A DNA stretch of 64,000 nt from Patescibacteria group bacterium. GTDB lineage: Bacteria > Patescibacteriota > Patescibacteriia > GWA2-46-9. Below the pieces are notes generated by a model. That model was not told where the DNA came from. It saw only the letters and a program-made list of their open reading frames with translations, and made no database searches. Location: assembly GCA_041675205.1 (NCBI GenBank), contig JBAYUF010000001.1, positions 20,863 to 84,862 on the forward strand, written 5' to 3'. Below are positions 1-9,837 of the stretch, piece after piece (within the stretch, counting starts at the first letter, position 1; every line of letters starts with the position of its first letter). Position numbers and translations under genes: made by a program.

Positions 1-641
1 ATTTCGCTGTTAGGCTTTTTGAAGAGTGGGGCATTGGCGACAGTAAGAACGATAACGGCGTGCTGCTCCTCGTTAGTCGCGATGATCGCCAGGTGCGTAT
101 TGAGGTTGGCTACGGCCTAGAAGGCGCACTGACGGATATTCAGGCTAATGACATCATTCAAAACGACATCGTGCCAGCATTTCGGAATGAACTCTACGCA
201 GACGGTATCAACCGTGCGACGGACGACATCATGGCAGCGACGATTGGTGAATACCAGACCCAGGTAAAGCCGACCACGCTTTGGCAAGATATTGTGCAGT
301 ATGGAGAAGTCCTCTTCTTTTTTGGCTTCGTTCTTTTGCAGTGGTTAGCTGCAATTTTAGCGCGTTCAAAGTCGTGGCTGGGGGGCGGTATCGTTGGGGG
401 CTTACTCGGGGCACTCATCGGTTTCTTTCTCGGTTGGCTCTATTGGGGTCTCTTCGCCTTACTTTTCCTCGTTCCTTTGGGTTTACTGCTTGATTACGTT
501 GTTTCAAGTACGTATAAGAAAAAAGGGCGAGGTGAATCCTTGCCGTGGTGGACTGGTGGTGGTCGTGGTGGTTCAGGCTCAAGCTTTGGTGGTTTTGGCG
601 GAGGGAGTTCAGGCGGCGGCGGAGCCAGTGGCAGCTGGTAA
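1..641 (+). CDS. TPM-domain (TLP18.3/Psb32/MOLO-1 phosphatase-like) membrane protein, 5' end truncated by the window edge
   Basis: The reading frame is open from nt 3 (FAVRLFEEWGIGDSKNDNGVLLLVSRDDRQVRIEVGYGLEG), which matches the TPM-domain core. It is followed by a TM helix and a Gly-rich C-terminal tail (GGGRGGSGSSFGGFGGG) typical of YgcG-like proteins. Confidence 0.7.
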   Translation, partial: FAVRLFEEWGIGDSKNDNGVLLLVSRDDRQVRIEVGYGLEGALTDIQANDIIQNDIVPAFRNELYADGINRATDDIMAATIGEYQTQVKPTTLWQDIVQYGEVLFFFGFVLLQWLAAILARSKSWLGGGIVGGLLGALIGFFLGWLYWGLFALLFLVPLGLLLDYVVSSTYKKKGRGESLPWWTGGGRGGSGSSFGGFGGGSSGGGGASGSW

Positions 642-817
642 GTACCCATAACAAAATTATTTGCATGGAGTATGAAGTAAAGTTTTTTACTTCTGACCCG
701 GAAGTTATTGAAGTGAGTTGAGTAGGATTAAGCGCACGCATCATTTAGTCGGGCAGGGGCAGGACCTCTATTAAGAATGAGGTTCTGTGCTCGATGCTTA
801 GCCAGCCTACATTAAAA

Positions 818-850
818 GTGACCCCCACGAGGGGTCATTATTTTAATATT
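818..850 (+). terminator. Rho-independent terminator after the TPM gene
   Basis: Stem GTGACCCC / GGGGTCA with loop ACGA, followed by TTATTTTAATATTTT. Confidence 0.55.
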
Positions 851-886
851 TTAATTTGTGGCTGTACTGATTAAAAGCACGATTTT

Positions 887-1648
887 GTGTATGCTTACTT
901 TATGATTCCAATTATTGCCATCGCCAACTTAATAAATGGCATCCTTTCAGCATTTCTTACGTTGCGACTCTATATTCGCTATCGATTACGAGCGAGCGAA
1001 AACTATCCAACTGCGGGTGTCCGTTATTTTATAGCATTCTACGCTACATTAACCATTTTATGGTTGCTGTATGCTACTCCCGGTCTTGTCACAAATAATC
1101 TTACGCTCATAATGTTTTTTCAGTCGCTGGCAGACTTGGGCGTTCTCGTTGGTGCGATGATTGGCATTCAGATTGCCTGTTTTGCACTCAATAAAAAAAA
1201 TATAGGAATATTAGCCTCGATTGTTATCGTAACGTGTGGCCTGGTGTATGTTACTGGTCTGCTGTTTTCTCACCCGCCTTCAATTCAAGAGTTGGTTCCT
1301 CCATACGTCTATTGGCATCCAGCAACACCACAGTGGCTTCGCGTGATGAATGGAATCGTGGCAGCGTTTGGATCACTGACCTTCATTATTACCTTTGCAG
1401 TACTCGGTTTCAAAACAAAAACCAATGAACTTGTACGTCGTCGGTCTTTCTTGTTGGCGACTGGTATGTTCTTTTTATTTCTTGCGTCACTGGTATTTTT
1501 TGTTTTTGCGACGAGCGGATTCATGCTTACGTTTACAGCTTCAATATTGGGGATTGCTGGGCTGTTCTTCATGTTGCGGGGCATTCCATATCGTGATGAG
1601 TATAATGAACAGATGGCAACATACCGTAACGAAAACAGCATTAGGTAA
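887..1648 (+). CDS. Hypothetical polytopic membrane protein
   Basis: 253-aa ORF with a GTG start and about 7 predicted hydrophobic helices. No recognisable catalytic motif. Confidence 0.5.
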   Translation: MYAYFMIPIIAIANLINGILSAFLTLRLYIRYRLRASENYPTAGVRYFIAFYATLTILWLLYATPGLVTNNLTLIMFFQSLADLGVLVGAMIGIQIACFALNKKNIGILASIVIVTCGLVYVTGLLFSHPPSIQELVPPYVYWHPATPQWLRVMNGIVAAFGSLTFIITFAVLGFKTKTNELVRRRSFLLATGMFFLFLASLVFFVFATSGFMLTFTASILGIAGLFFMLRGIPYRDEYNEQMATYRNENSIR

Positions 1649-1711
1649 AACAGTCAGTCGTCGGTAAGCAGAAACGTACAGTATAAAAAATTCAGATTAA
1701 CAAAAGCCAGT

Positions 1712-2047
1712 ATGCTGAAAGAGTACAAAGCTTATTTGAAAGATAATCCGCAGGGATATTGGTTCAAAGCGAAGCTTTACGGCTGGGGTTGGACGCCTGC
1801 GAAGTGGCAGGGGTGGCTAACCATACTGGTGTTCACGGGACTCATTATTTTTAATGCGTACAGAATTGATTCTGATTTACGTTCGGCAAGCGATACATTT
1901 ATCAACTTTATTCTACAGACTGTCATTCTCGTTTTGTTGCTCATCCTCATTGGTTATAAGACAGGAGAGAAACCGCGGTGGCAGTGGGGCATTAAAAAAG
2001 AAAAGACGATTTTAGTTGAAAAGGCGGATACTGCAAAAGGCAACTGA
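1712..2047 (+). CDS. Small hypothetical membrane protein
   Basis: 111 aa with two hydrophobic segments (WLTILVFTGLIIF, ILVLLLILIGY). Confidence 0.4.
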   Translation: MLKEYKAYLKDNPQGYWFKAKLYGWGWTPAKWQGWLTILVFTGLIIFNAYRIDSDLRSASDTFINFILQTVILVLLLILIGYKTGEKPRWQWGIKKEKTILVEKADTAKGN

Positions 2048-2058
2048 GCAATACGACT

Positions 2059-3225
2059 TCATTCTTTAGAACCATTTCTAATTGAGTATCTCGGTTGAAC
2101 ATGAAGAAATTGTTTAATATCGTCTAAACTTTCTGGTTGTGAAATGGCTTTTTGTTCTAAGTAAAAGAATACTCGATCAATAGCATCTTCAGAGTTTCTT
2201 TGAAAGATGTCTTCAATTTCTTGATACGTAAACTGTTCAGCAACCTTTCGTACGTAGGGAACAATAAAAAGATTTTCGTTTGTTGCGTCCAGTATAGCTG
2301 TTCGAATAAGATGGCTCAGCATGGTTTCAAGTAGCGCTGAAGCAACAAGTTCTTTGCTGACACTCTTATGAAATAAAAAGCGACGTACGACTTCGTCATC
2401 ATAGCTATAAATTGTTGGCATTCCGGTGTGCGTCTGTTTCGTGTCTTGGTCTTTCCGTTTGAGTGCGTGAAAGATACCCGTGTGGAGCGAACCAATGGTT
2501 ATTAGCCCTCGGAGTGAAGGTTTTTCCTTTAAGTCTGGACGGTCAATAGTGGCATCTTCGATTGCCTCCTCAAGGTGGCTGAGCATATAGTCTTCACGAC
2601 GTTGTTGCAGGTCAGCAAGGGTTTTTAAGTGGGCCATTGCTTCAACAATTTTTTTATCAAAAGGCACTTCGCTCGTTGGACTGCAAGTCGATGCATCCAT
2701 TATGTTGTCATGGAGCTCCCACAGGTGCGGGTCGTCGTATGGATAGTCGGCAAATACAATAGGCTTATTTGAACCGTAGATTATTTTGAATAATTCAAGA
2801 AAGAATTCTTCAAAAGGAGTTTCGTCATCGTTTCCCATTGTTGAACGCAGCTCCGACAATGCTTGTTCGGGTGTAATACGCGCCAGAGACACATTTCGCC
2901 ACAAGCTCTTCAGGCTGGGTGTCCATCCAGCATTCTCAACTACAAATAGGTCGGCTTCATTGAATCGGTCTTGAACACCGTGTAAGTCTACCGCATTGAT
3001 ATGGGTAAGAAGAAACACCTCAAAATGGACAGGCGGAAGTTTTTTCTCTTTTCGTTCACTATTTATTGACTCTTCAATATTGTGCTGTATCTCTACTGCA
3101 TAGTTAACTTCGAGCTCGTCTACGCCAGCCGTGTCCTCCATTCTTCTAGGAGAAGCCTCTTCTTCCTGTCTTTGAGTGGTTTGTTGATTTATTTCTGGAT
3201 AAGTTTCTGGTCGTCGTTGAAGCAT
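2059..3225 (-). CDS. Hypothetical protein (388 aa), acidic, no firm family assignment
   Basis: Long ORF, divergent from the CYTH gene. No diagnostic motif recognised; TraB/erythromycin-esterase-like is only a guess. Confidence 0.45.
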   Translation of the reverse strand: MLQRRPETYPEINQQTTQRQEEEASPRRMEDTAGVDELEVNYAVEIQHNIEESINSERKEKKLPPVHFEVFLLTHINAVDLHGVQDRFNEADLFVVENAGWTPSLKSLWRNVSLARITPEQALSELRSTMGNDDETPFEEFFLELFKIIYGSNKPIVFADYPYDDPHLWELHDNIMDASTCSPTSEVPFDKKIVEAMAHLKTLADLQQRREDYMLSHLEEAIEDATIDRPDLKEKPSLRGLITIGSLHTGIFHALKRKDQDTKQTHTGMPTIYSYDDEVVRRFLFHKSVSKELVASALLETMLSHLIRTAILDATNENLFIVPYVRKVAEQFTYQEIEDIFQRNSEDAIDRVFFYLEQKAISQPESLDDIKQFLHVQPRYSIRNGSKE

Positions 3226-3280
3226 AGTAAGAGTATCCTAGCATCGAAATAGAGTACTGAAAATGTGAGTTTTTATGTTT

Positions 3281-3289
3281 TGCTATACT
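3281..3289 (+). promoter_or_regulatory. Extended -10 element TGcTATACT placed 6 nt before an ATG, consistent with a leaderless transcript
   Basis: TGCTATACT-gatgtt-ATG. The same TGCTATACT-N6-ATG arrangement recurs at 17762 and 56166. Confidence 0.5.
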
Positions 3290-3295
3290 GATGTT

Positions 3296-3868
3296 ATGGA
3301 ATACGAAGTGAAATTTCTCAATATTGACCCCGAGGCCATTCAAGAGAAACTGGCAGGAATTGGGGCAGAAAAGGTTGGTGAATTCTTTTATCGGCGCAGC
3401 GTGTTTGATTATCCAGATTGGCGACTTGATAAAGAAGCCTCATGGTTGCGGCTTCGCGACGAAGGCAATCAAGTTACTCTTACCTTCAAAAAACGCATTG
3501 GTGTCAAAGCGAGTGATGGCTCCACTCAAGATGAAGGTATGGAAGAGCTTGAGGTAGTGGTAAATGATTTTGCGGAAATGCATAACATACTTTTGCGTCT
3601 CGGCTTTATAGAGAAGCACTACGTTGAGAATCGGCGCATTCGGTGGCGCAAGGGCGATATAGAATTTGATATCGATACCTATCCCGCTATTGCTACGTAT
3701 TTAGAAATTGAAGGGAAGAGTTGGGAAGCAGTCGACGGTGCCATTCATGAACTTGGTCTTGACCCTAAAGACAAGAATATTTTTTCGGCGAACCAAGTAT
3801 ACGCATTGAATGGTATACAGGTTGCTGACTATACGCGGCTCACTTTTGACGAGCTTGTAAAGCGATAA
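3296..3868 (+). CDS. CYTH-domain protein (class IV adenylate cyclase / triphosphatase family)
   Basis: Begins MEYEVKFLNIDPEAIQEKL; the ExExK signature is the CYTH N-terminal motif. The ORF-track start at 3275 would overlap the -10 element, so the in-frame ATG at 3296 is preferred. Confidence 0.7.
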   Translation: MEYEVKFLNIDPEAIQEKLAGIGAEKVGEFFYRRSVFDYPDWRLDKEASWLRLRDEGNQVTLTFKKRIGVKASDGSTQDEGMEELEVVVNDFAEMHNILLRLGFIEKHYVENRRIRWRKGDIEFDIDTYPAIATYLEIEGKSWEAVDGAIHELGLDPKDKNIFSANQVYALNGIQVADYTRLTFDELVKR

Positions 3869-3941
3869 TTGGGTTACTTTTCAGTGGTACTTTTTTCGTT
3901 CTTAACAGTTGACACAGTGACACTACGGTAGTAGTGTACTT

Positions 3942-3970
3942 GAACCACGGCAGTTCGTGGTTTTTGTTTA
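3942..3970 (+). terminator. Rho-independent terminator after the CYTH gene
   Basis: AACCACG-gcagtt-CGTGGTT followed by TTTGTTTA. Confidence 0.6.
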
Positions 3971-3994
3971 CTTATTCATTATAGCGATAAAGCC

Positions 3995-4108
3995 ATGATG
4001 TATTCAGATGGTGACGAGACGACAGGAGACGAGAACGCAGTCGAGCCTGCTACTGAGGAAGTAACCGAAGCTGGTGCTGACTCAGCAGACGAAGCGGCAG
4101 CCGAGTAA
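3995..4108 (+). CDS. Possible 37-aa highly acidic small protein (MMYSDGDETTGDENAVEPATEEVTEAGADSADEAAAE)
   Basis: Short ORF absent from the 60-aa ORF track. It lies between two terminators and is followed at once by its own strong terminator. No Shine-Dalgarno sequence, so coding status is uncertain. Confidence 0.2.
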   Translation: MMYSDGDETTGDENAVEPATEEVTEAGADSADEAAAE

Positions 4109-4126
4109 AAGACTTTCAGTCTTGCA

Positions 4127-4161
4127 AAGACGGACCCATCGGGGTCCGTCTTTGTTTTATT
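4127..4161 (+). terminator. Rho-independent terminator
   Basis: AAGACGGACCC-atcg-GGGTCCGTCTT followed by TGTTTTATT. Confidence 0.7.
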
Positions 4162-4209
4162 GCTCGGCGAAGTTCAGCATGCTACGCTCTTCACTGCATG
4201 AATTAGTCT

Positions 4210-5229
4210 ATGGAAGAACGCCAAGTAGCCCCAGAAGAACACAATGAAGATGAATCTTTAGATAAGACGCTGCGACCTCGCGAGCTGAAGGATTATATTG
4301 GGCAAGAAAAGGTCAAAGATAATCTAGCGGTACTTATGGAGGCGGCCAAGAAGCGGCATGAGCCGGTTGAGCACATTCTTTTGTACGGTTCTCCCGGTTT
4401 GGGGAAGACAACGCTCGCCCACATTATTGCCCGAGAAATGTCGGCAGGCATTCGAGTAACCTCGGGTCCGGCGCTTACCAAAGCGGGTGACTTGGCTGCC
4501 ATTCTGACGAATCTTGAAGCCGGAGACATTCTTTTTATTGATGAAATACATCGACTAAATAAAACCATTGAGGAGGTGCTGTATCCAGCCATGGAGGAAT
4601 TTGCATTGGACGTTGTCCTCGGGAAAGGGCCAAGTGCGCGTACGCTACGATTAGATTTACCAAAGTTCACCATTGTTGGGGCTACGACGAAGGTTAGTTT
4701 ATTGTCTGCGCCCTTACGTGACCGGTTTGGAGCTACGTACCGACTTAATTTTTACGAACTCGGTGACATCGAACGCATAGTTGGTCGTTCTGCCCGGCTT
4801 TTGAATGTGGCCACTGACGACTTAGCGGTAACAGCAATTGCCGAGCGTTCACGCCGCACGCCCCGCATCGCAAATCGTTTATTAAAACGCGTGCGCGACG
4901 TCGCCGAGGTGCGTGGTACCGGCAGCATCACAGTGCCAATAACAGAAGTAACGTGGCAGATGCTCGACGTCGACCGCTATGGACTGGACGACGTTGACCG
5001 AAGAATTCTTCGAGCAATTATTGAAATATTTTCTGGTGGTCCGGTGGGGGTTACAACATTAGCAGCGGCCACAGCCGAAGAGGTCGCCACCATTGAGGAT
5101 GTCTATGAACCGTTCTTGATGCAAATGGGTTTTTTGCAGCGCACCCCTCGCGGTCGTGTTGCTACTGAACTTGCCTACAGGCATCTCAACCTTCCGCCGC
5201 CACCTGACCTACAGCAGCGACTTCTGTAG
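4210..5229 (+). CDS. ruvB: Holliday junction branch-migration ATPase RuvB
   Basis: [19 protein letters not shown], Walker [12 protein letters not shown], and the full RuvB N/C domain order. Confidence 0.95.
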   Translation: MEERQVAPEEHNEDESLDKTLRPRELKDYIGQEKVKDNLAVLMEAAKKRHEPVEHILLYGSPGLGKTTLAHIIAREMSAGIRVTSGPALTKAGDLAAILTNLEAGDILFIDEIHRLNKTIEEVLYPAMEEFALDVVLGKGPSARTLRLDLPKFTIVGATTKVSLLSAPLRDRFGATYRLNFYELGDIERIVGRSARLLNVATDDLAVTAIAERSRRTPRIANRLLKRVRDVAEVRGTGSITVPITEVTWQMLDVDRYGLDDVDRRILRAIIEIFSGGPVGVTTLAAATAEEVATIEDVYEPFLMQMGFLQRTPRGRVATELAYRHLNLPPPPDLQQRLL

Positions 5230-5254
5230 CTATACGGCATACGCCGTAGGTTTA

Positions 5255-5340
5255 CGCCTTACGCAGTACGCTATACGGGGATAGAGGCTCGATAACACTA
5301 TGGGGCTGTACGGGAAGTCCCAGTCGTGCGTACTGCGTAC
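5255..5340. repeat. Palindromic MITE-like element: inverted copies of TACGCAGTACGC about 50 nt apart, between the convergent ruvB and SpoIID-like genes
   Basis: cttacgcagtacgctatacgggga ... gcgtactgcgtacg. The first arm closely resembles the left flank of the four-helix-bundle gene cassette at 46035-46060. Confidence 0.5.
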
Positions 5341-5344
5341 GTCT

Positions 5345-7300
5345 TTATTTATACCACTGCGCCACTTCAGTATTCACGTAGAAAAATTTTAGGATGTCGA
5401 TATATTTCCAGCCTTCTTTTGCCATATCATTTGCGGCAAGTTGTGAGAGGCCGACCGCATGGCCGAACTTTTGACGGTTTGCATCCCATGGCACTGCTTT
5501 CCGGGTGAGCCACGGTTTCGCACTTCCACCCCAAACATCTTCCCATGATTTAGTCATGCCACTGGTACTGGCTGAGTATGGTGTAACGACGACGTTGTTT
5601 TGGTAGGTGACAACCTGGCCACGAGTAGCGGCGACTGCTTCTGCAACTTTTGGTATACGTTTTTCCGATTCGTATCCTCGGTAGTACTGATCACCAACAG
5701 ACGCAACGACATCGAAGTAACGGGAACGATGTTTCGTGCCAGTGTCGTGGTGGTAGAGTGCGTAGCTTCTCGCTGCTACAATGAGCGCCTTTTGATACTC
5801 GGGTTGGGATGCATTTGAACTTTCGGCGAGACCCTTAAGGTAATCTTCCATGGGTAGTTCATTGATAATCCAGACCTTCTCATCCTTCTCAGACCAACGA
5901 ATTTCAATGACGCCACGGTAGGAATTATCATTCCAGCCAGCATTGTAAGCAACAGGATTTTTAAATGTAGGTAGCGTTATGATAGCTGCGGTATCGGCAC
6001 CACGGATACGAAGTGGTAATGGTGAACGCACCACTGGACCTAGCCCAATGGCCACGTACGTGCGGTCCGCTGGGCTGTAAGAGAAGTAGGTTGGTATTCC
6101 GGCCGTGAATCTGCCATAGCTGGTACCACCATTGTCTTCGACGATGTAATCAACATTCGCCGTGACACCAAGTTGTCCGTCAAGTTTTTCGATACCAACA
6201 CGCATAGTTGCCTCCTCGTGTTTCGGCTGACAAAATCCTGGTCCAACCCCTGGGTCTTGCACTTCATCAGCAGCAATGCAAACAATACTTGCTGCGGAGT
6301 TCGTAGGAGTTGTTGCTGGTAGTGCGGTTGGTGCTGGGCTAGCGACACCGACAGGAATACGGAAACGCCCACCATCCAGTAGTGTGGTTCCGTTCATGGC
6401 AAGGTAGAACTCTGGTTGGTACTGCCCACCTGTTTGTGGGGCCGTGATTCGAAAGGTAATGAAACTAATTTCACCAACGTTTACAAGGCTGGTTGCTTGC
6501 GTGCCGACAATGGTGTCACTTAACCATGATGGCGCACGAAATGTCGTCCCGCTAGTTGAAGCCGGGTCGAACATGAGCTGAACAAGACTGGGTGCAGTAT
6601 TTCTCCAACTTCTCTCGCCGGTATTTTTAAAACCGATAGTGAAGTCACTACTTTCCCCGGCCGCAAGCGTTAGTGATTGTGCGGATCGAATGAGGACGGT
6701 CGCTTTTAGTGAAGCGCTTCTTTGAGCTGTGGTGTTCGTGTTCGCCGCGCTCGTTATCGGAAGTATGGCTGGTGCGGGGGTGGGAGTGGTGGTTGAAACT
6801 TTCGTTTTGCCCGGAATAAATTTTTCTCCGGTAACGGTCGTAGAAATACTAAATTCGGTACCAGGAATCTTTTCTGCACCCGTGAATACCGCAAAGTACA
6901 TAGTAAATTTTGCCGCTCGCAGTGGTGCTTCGAGTGGTAAGTTGAAAAAACCAATTTCACCCGGGGCAACTGTACCAGGGGTTAGCGCCGTAACCGTGAG
7001 GCGGTCGAGCCATTTATCGCTCGTGAACCAGTGCTCGTACTTAATAGTCTCAGTTGTTTTGATTGTGACGTTACTTTTTCCAGTGCTGTACCAGACAGAT
7101 TTTCCCGCATTTTTAAAACCAATTCGATACGTCAGCGGCTCACCTTGTTTCAATGTCGTTGGTACTGCTGACACTAAGGTACGCTCACCTGCGTATTGTA
7201 TCGTTGGAGCAGCAGTGGCGATATTTGCGTACGAAAATACACCTGGTGACAGTAGCAAGAGAACCAACAAACGTATTACTATTTTTTTCATAGAGTTCAC
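5345..7300 (-). CDS. Secreted SpoIID/LytB-domain protein with N-terminal repeated beta-rich domains
   Basis: Signal peptide MNSMKKIVIRLLVLLLLSPGVFSYA. The C-terminal SpoIID region reads YYRGYESEKRIPKVAEAVAATRGQVVTYQNN...VPWDANRQKFGHAVGLSQLAANDMAKEGWKYIDILKFFY. Confidence 0.75.
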   Translation of the reverse strand: MNSMKKIVIRLLVLLLLSPGVFSYANIATAAPTIQYAGERTLVSAVPTTLKQGEPLTYRIGFKNAGKSVWYSTGKSNVTIKTTETIKYEHWFTSDKWLDRLTVTALTPGTVAPGEIGFFNLPLEAPLRAAKFTMYFAVFTGAEKIPGTEFSISTTVTGEKFIPGKTKVSTTTPTPAPAILPITSAANTNTTAQRSASLKATVLIRSAQSLTLAAGESSDFTIGFKNTGERSWRNTAPSLVQLMFDPASTSGTTFRAPSWLSDTIVGTQATSLVNVGEISFITFRITAPQTGGQYQPEFYLAMNGTTLLDGGRFRIPVGVASPAPTALPATTPTNSAASIVCIAADEVQDPGVGPGFCQPKHEEATMRVGIEKLDGQLGVTANVDYIVEDNGGTSYGRFTAGIPTYFSYSPADRTYVAIGLGPVVRSPLPLRIRGADTAAIITLPTFKNPVAYNAGWNDNSYRGVIEIRWSEKDEKVWIINELPMEDYLKGLAESSNASQPEYQKALIVAARSYALYHHDTGTKHRSRYFDVVASVGDQYYRGYESEKRIPKVAEAVAATRGQVVTYQNNVVVTPYSASTSGMTKSWEDVWGGSAKPWLTRKAVPWDANRQKFGHAVGLSQLAANDMAKEGWKYIDILKFFYVNTEVAQWYK

Positions 7301-7445
7301 AAAAACTAACTGAGACGAGTGAGAGATGAAGACGCCCCGTTCGTGCTAGTGCGTGAACAGGGCCTGAGAGCGAAAAATGAAATGTGGAATTGAACAATCT
7401 ACGTTTCTTTACTTGTCTCAGTATAGCATAAAAAATGCGCTTCGT

Positions 7446-8303
7446 CTATGCCGAATCACGCATTTTTTTTAAGAGTTTGAGTTCGCGAATAACTTCTGTT
7501 CCCTTTTCATCTCTCGGCGTTTCAAGAACACCAGGAATGGTGCGAAGACTCGGAGTTTTTAGTAATGCCGCAAAGGCAAGGCGGCCAAGTTTCCCTTGGC
7601 CAATATTTTCGTGTCGATCGACGTGCGAAGCAAAATCTGTTTTAGAGTCGTTGAGGTGTAAAAGTTTAATACGCCCCTTACCAATGGTTGCCGCACACAG
7701 TCGCAAGGTTTTAGTAATACCGGCAGTGGTGCGTACATCGTATCCTGAAGCAAAGGCGTGTTGCGTGTCCAGGCATACGCCAAGTCGGAGTGTTGGATGT
7801 GCCGCTTCAACAGCATGGATAATATCTCTTAGCTCCTCGAAGGTGTCGCCAATAGTTGCACCAGAGCCGGCGGAAAGCTCGAGGAGTAGCTGAGCCGTAC
7901 CCGTATAACCAGTCAGTAATTTTTTTATACCAGCGATAGTCATTGCTACACCAGCAGCTTCGCCAACCGCTTTCGCTGAACCAAGATGCGTTACAACACC
8001 CACGCACCCAAGCAAGCTGGCGCGCTCTAATTCTTCACGAATAATTGCTGACGAACCATTCGCAATGCGCGGTAGGGGTGAAGCGAAGTTGATGAAGTAA
8101 GGGCTGTGAATGTAGGCGGCACGAATGTTGTTTTCCTTCATTGCCTTCCGAAAGCTCGCAGCTAGTTCTGTTGTAATTTTTGGTGCTGGGCCACCTTGCG
8201 GCGGGCGAGAAAAAATTTGCATTACTTCGCACCCCCAAGCGGCCGCTCGAGCAGGCGCAAGCCCGACATTGCCAGCCGCGGAAACGTGCGCGCCCAGGTA
8301 CAT
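7446..8303 (-). CDS. nfo: Endonuclease IV (AP endonuclease, Nfo family)
   Basis: MYLGAHVSAAGNV start, TIM-barrel AP endonuclease 2 signature regions, 285 aa. Confidence 0.9.
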   Translation of the reverse strand: MYLGAHVSAAGNVGLAPARAAAWGCEVMQIFSRPPQGGPAPKITTELAASFRKAMKENNIRAAYIHSPYFINFASPLPRIANGSSAIIREELERASLLGCVGVVTHLGSAKAVGEAAGVAMTIAGIKKLLTGYTGTAQLLLELSAGSGATIGDTFEELRDIIHAVEAAHPTLRLGVCLDTQHAFASGYDVRTTAGITKTLRLCAATIGKGRIKLLHLNDSKTDFASHVDRHENIGQGKLGRLAFAALLKTPSLRTIPGVLETPRDEKGTEVIRELKLLKKMRDSA

Positions 8304-8308
8304 ACGTA

Positions 8309-9607
8309 TTATGTTTTTCCGCTGGCCAGTATCGACAGAAAGCTCATTACTTTGCGGGTGAGAATGAGGTGCTTCAAGTGGCTATCGTATTCAGGATTTT
8401 GAACCTCTTCTCGTAGGTGTGCTTCATCCTCATTTTTATAGTGCTCAAGAATAGTATTTCGCTCAGCCGAGATTTCTTCCTCACTGACGGTAATGTGTTC
8501 AGTGTCAGCAACAGCTCGGACAATTAAAGCGGCTTTGACTCGTATCTCCGCTTCGGGTAGCCACGTTTTTTTGAGCGCCTCAACGTTTGTGTTCAGGTGT
8601 TCTAGATAATTTGACCACTCAATACCCTGGGAAGCGGCGCGTTCTTTGGCACGAAATAATATTTTTTGTAATTCTGCTTCAACGAGCACATCCGGAATAT
8701 CACCAAAAGTTGTTTTTGTACTAATCGCTTCGATTATCGCTCGTTCTCGTCGGGTTGTTTCTTCGGTAGTTTTCATTTCACCAAGATTCATTCGCAGTTG
8801 GTCACGTAATGCGGCAATGGTTCCGAAATTGCCCAAAGATTTTACGAAAGCGTCATCAATTGGTGCTTTGACCCGTTCAATGACGGTCGTTATGGCGACG
8901 TCATAAGTGACGATTTGGCCAGCGAGGTTTTTATCAAAGTGGTCTTTTGGGAAAGGGAGTGAAAATGCTTTCTTTTCAGTTGCCTTGAGACCAACCAGCT
9001 CTTGGGTAAAGCCATCAATGAGGTACGGTTTGCCTAATTCAACACGGTGATCCTTAGCGCTGCCACCCTCAAGTGGAACGCCATCTTTGGAAATAGTTAA
9101 CGAGACGGTAACGATGTCGCCATCCTTCGCCGCTCGGTCGACGATTTTTTCTGTGGCGCGCATTTCTCGCAGATCTTCAATGACTTTGTCTACTTCTTCA
9201 TCAGTCACCGACGCATCCGTTTCGGGCACCCGAACAGCGTGGTAGTCGCCAAGCGTCACTGGCGGGAGAACAGCAACCGTCGCTGAGAAAATAATTGGCT
9301 GTCCTGGTATAAGCTTCGTTACCTGTATGTCAGGTTCGCCAATCGTTTGTAGATGTTCTGCGGCGACAATAGCCGCATACGAAATGGGTACTGCAAAACG
9401 AACTGCTCGCTCCAAGAGTGCCATTTCACCGTACGCATGGCGAACTTGTTCCACTGATGCCTTACCAGGTCGGAAGCCGGCTAGAGGACGACTTTGCTGC
9501 AGCTCTCTGGCAGCGCGTTCGAAGTGTGATGGTAATTCGTCAACGGGAATGAGAATGTCGAGCGTCAGTAGGCCCTTTGTTAATTGTTGTGAGTTTAGTG
9601 TTGCCAT
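8309..9607 (-). CDS. tig: Trigger factor
   Basis: N-terminal ribosome-binding region GFRPGKAS, central PPIase and C-terminal domain; 432 aa. Confidence 0.9.
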   Translation of the reverse strand: MATLNSQQLTKGLLTLDILIPVDELPSHFERAARELQQSRPLAGFRPGKASVEQVRHAYGEMALLERAVRFAVPISYAAIVAAEHLQTIGEPDIQVTKLIPGQPIIFSATVAVLPPVTLGDYHAVRVPETDASVTDEEVDKVIEDLREMRATEKIVDRAAKDGDIVTVSLTISKDGVPLEGGSAKDHRVELGKPYLIDGFTQELVGLKATEKKAFSLPFPKDHFDKNLAGQIVTYDVAITTVIERVKAPIDDAFVKSLGNFGTIAALRDQLRMNLGEMKTTEETTRRERAIIEAISTKTTFGDIPDVLVEAELQKILFRAKERAASQGIEWSNYLEHLNTNVEALKKTWLPEAEIRVKAALIVRAVADTEHITVSEEEISAERNTILEHYKNEDEAHLREEVQNPEYDSHLKHLILTRKVMSFLSILASGKT

Positions 9608-9837
9608 AATGAGTTGGTACTGTATAGAAAATTTATGTATTCCGCAACACTCCTTAATTTTTGCAATGCTCCATTTTTTACTGTGTGGTATACTCGCAAA
9701 TATAAATAAGTGCTACGTATATGCCGATTGTTATTGTTCCGAGCGCACCCGTTATTCTTTGTTTTCTTCTCTCGCTGGGGTCGGTTTGGCTGACCACGTT
9801 TCTTTACGCATTCTCATTCGCTTTTGTGTAGGTCAGT

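Noticed and set aside
7435-7480. AAAAAATGCG...CGCATTTTTTTT as a bidirectional terminator for nfo
   Set aside because: Only a 5-bp stem with a 20-nt loop, and it overlaps the nfo stop, so it is too weak to call.
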